From NCBI RefSeq assembly GCF_964355755.1, contig NC_092672.1:5146001-5210000 (forward strand): a stretch of 64,000 bases of DNA, given 5' to 3'. A program made the translations under genes and the position numbers. This DNA comes from Antedon mediterranea (taxonomy: Eukaryota > Animalia > Echinodermata). Under the pieces are notes generated by a model. The model saw only the letters and a program-made list of their open reading frames with translations, was not told the origin of the DNA and ran no database searches. Shown piece by piece: positions 60,901-64,000 of this stretch; within the stretch, counting starts at the first letter, position 1; every line of letters starts with the position of its first letter.

Positions 60901-63900
60901 GTTGGTTTTTATGAGGTAAATGCATCAGTAACTGTAAGTCTATTGGAAATTACTTGCAAAAAATGTCGACAGACTAGCCTAAACTGTGACGTAAATTCAT
61001 GTTATCATTTATATTAGGTTTCCTGTTATTATTATTATTATAGGAACTTTAATGACGACGTAAAACGTCAGAAAACGAAAGACTGAAAACCATTTCTGTT
61101 ACATTAGATTTCGAAAATGATATCAAAACAACGTTACCTCTTGTTTTTTAGCCAGTTGTAACGTCATGAATACCACGTTACTTAGAATAGCCGCAATTAT
61201 GAGGTTTGTTAGTATTTTAAAACGCATTGACTTTCTCAAGTCCCTATAAAAACAAAACATATACTGTACAATGAAGATTACGGTATGTCCGAGTGACTAC
61301 TCTGAATGCCTATTATACTAGAAGATGTGTTTATTTTAACAACACAACACAAACAATAACAAGAAAAATATTTTTTAAATACTTATTCATACTAATAATG
61401 ACAAGCAATTGTTGCCACGACATATTGTTAAGCTAAGATTGTTTATTCGTTTATTTAACAATACTATTATATGCCTCAGCATAAAAGGTACGACTCTAAT
61501 GAATTGCATTATAAATTATATAGAAAAATACTTACGGTAATATATTTTGCGTCACCAGAGCAACAATAAGGAAAATAGTTGAGATTAATAATCCGATATA
61601 TGTTATGATGCTTAACCGTTTCTGATCTTCATCGGAAATCTAGAAGGAATAAAACATGAAGTCTCAGAAATATGCAGCCATGCCAATATGTAGGCCTACC
61701 TATCTGGAATAGGTCAAAACACAACTGCGCTGATATACTGCTGGTTGCAACATTATGGAAGTATGTTTCCAGGTGTTTGACTAGGGTAATAATGTGAAGC
61801 GCATGAGGCTTTGTGCATTAAGTGCCATAAGATCGACGACGTATATATACCTGTTGTATTTCAAAAGCAATAGTATAAAAAAATATTTTCCAAACGCGAA
61901 AAGAAAAGATTAAACGATCGTTTAATAGTGCGTACTATTGCACGCCATGTGACCAACAGGAATTTATTTAGGTGTTATATAATATTACATATTCACACTC
62001 TTTCTCAATAGTGGTGAGTATCATTCATTCTAGTACTTACTACCTTTAATGATTGTATTGTTTCCTTTTATTCATATAAACTATCTTTACTAGCATTTTT
62101 TAACAATATATGTTACTTTGTAAATTGTGAGAATTAAGTTTGAATTTGACATACCGTTGGCTCGCTAGTCTGAAACAGAATCGCATAACTAGTAGTGTGG
62201 TTACACTTGCACTTCACTTCGTTTTTATCGGAATCGTCAGTTTCGCATCCGTTAGTAGACCACGACCTATAAAATAACAACACTATGTTTTGAGTTGAAA
62301 TAAGGGCGGCGTCAGAAGGGAGAGTCATTGAGCACACCAGACCCAGGTATAAGTCATAAGTAAGTGTATTCAGAATTTGTCCCCACTAAGTATAAGTTTG
62401 TTTTCCACTGAGCGATATTCTCACGAATCAAACATCGAGTTTTGATGTGTAGCGCATTTTTTCTAAAGCCTTGTTTACACTATAAAACTAGTTCGATCAA
62501 AAAGTGTGATGTGGTTAAATATGGTAGTGATATGCTTAAATATGGTAGTAATATGTCAATGTTTTCAAATAAATTCGCCAATGGAATACAGGCTGTAAGA
62601 CCAGGGAGTTGTTATTAGATAATGGGAACAGGATGTTACTGTAGTAAAAAAAATGGCCTCTATTAAAATCTTTTGAATTAAAAATAACTCTGCGCCAGTG
62701 AACTTTAGTTTAGACATGAATTGAAGGGGAAAGAATTGCGTGGGTGTATTGTAGCATTATTTTATCAATCAATGAAAGAGCTTCGTTATTGGTGATACTT
62801 ATGATAACACACAGATATCATTAAAATACAAAATCGTAAATCGGTATAGAAACGAAATGTTCATTTACTTCAATGATTCGTTAAAAAATCCACACACGGC
62901 AGTTTCATTATCCTTTTTGTCACGAAATCTCTGAAACAGAATATAAAGTATCAATAAGAAATTTTGTTTAAAATGGAGTTACAAAAAAAGAAATAAAAAA
63001 TATTATATGGTTAAACAAAAAATTGAAAAGAATATAAATATACATTGTTTGGTTGCTTTTAACAATGATCCCTTGTAATTCATTCATCCGTTCATTTCTT
63101 TTATTTCAGGAAGTACATCTATAGACAGTAACACAAAAGAAAATATAACAATAAGTCACAATACACTTACTTTAGTTGGAAATTTAAACATTATTTCGAT
63201 TCCTGATTCGATTTTTGTTTTCGTGCTATCAAATATGAAGCTTTGAAAAATGTTGCTTACAACTTCAACGGTTGAATTTGTATTGCCGTCCAAGCCACTT
63301 TAATAAAGGAAACAGAAAGGTTATTAACCACCAAAAATAAAATAAATATTTATAAACAAATTGCTACGATAGGTAGAAAAAGTTAAATTGGTCAGAAGTG
63401 TAACGCGTAATTGTACTGTTCACCCAGTTAATGCGCCAAAGTGTATAAGTATAGCTAAACACGCCATATATGCCAACATGTTTTTAGTCGCGTGCAACGC
63501 GACTCTACAGCTCACTATGCCGGTCGGTTGGTCGCGGTCGGTCGGTTGGTTGGTCGGTAAACACTAAATTGAGCACGCGAATGCACCCATGTATATGGCC
63601 TTGTTCTCAATAAGCCTAATCGTCTATAAACTATAAAATCCGACCAACTAAAAACAAATATTTTACACACAAAAAACCACGAAGAGAAAAAACATATCGT
63701 GAATATCATACTTGTTATCTAGAGGTGATTAACATGTATTTTTCTACAGTAGAACACCTAATAAGGGGATACCATCGGAATCTAACAGTGTCCCCTTAAT
63801 CAAGACAATTGCCTTGCTTTGATTTAGCGTGTCTGCTGAATAGGATCTGGCCGCTTTGTGGGAAAGTGTTTTTTAGTAGTGGTGTCCCCTGATTAGGGAT

Positions 63901-64000
63901 GATGTCTCAAAGGAGGGGGGTTCCACTGTATTATTAACGTAAAGTTTTATACGATACCTGTCTTTTGCCGACTGTTTTAGCTCATTGTAGTCTGTTGGTT
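57915..64000 (-). CDS. Adhesion G protein-coupled receptor (GAIN/GPS plus secretin-like 7TM); partial, 5' end beyond the window
   Basis: Exons >64000-63958, 63297-63171, 62930-62869, 62266-62155, 61639-61536, 61243-61138, 60309-60092, 59760-59691, 59527-59433, 59186-59018, 58720-58661 and 58067-57915 (last exon uncertain). GPS motif CGFF..WSTNGC..CKCNHTTSYAIL; TM motifs ILHYSLL, GWGLPL, CWL..IWGFVGPV, LLPVIGVTW and NSCQGVFI. Confidence 0.92.

Overview
AT-rich animal genomic DNA with GT-AG introns. The likely source is an invertebrate deuterostome such as an echinoderm, which is an inference from repeat and motif content. I reconstructed eight protein-coding genes by hand from splice sites and reading phase: HPS4 (-, 3' part outside the window), divergent from MTRFR/C12orf65 (+); an SLC13A2/A5-like Na+/dicarboxylate cotransporter (-); a 1322-aa coiled-coil protein that I identify as an invertebrate SPAG5/Astrin orthologue (-); an unrecognised ~533-aa protein (-) with RFX-like promoter motifs; an SLC6 monoamine (DAT/NET/octopamine-type) transporter (-); PPP4C (-); and the GAIN/7TM part of an adhesion GPCR (-, 5' part outside the window). 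Introns are dense with PIF/Harbinger-type MITEs (TWA target duplications, some nested in their own family), Tc1/mariner- and hAT-like MITEs, tRNA-derived SINEs and L2-group LINE ends. The most notable observations are an Astrin-like gene lacking the vertebrate RVxF PP1 motif and lying next to an SLC13 gene as in human 17q11.2; (T)AGGCCTAG clusters just downstream of the starts of three genes; a monoamine transporter with a mosaic substrate site; and a hairpin covering a 5' splice site. All homology calls come from recalled sequences, and no database searches were run.
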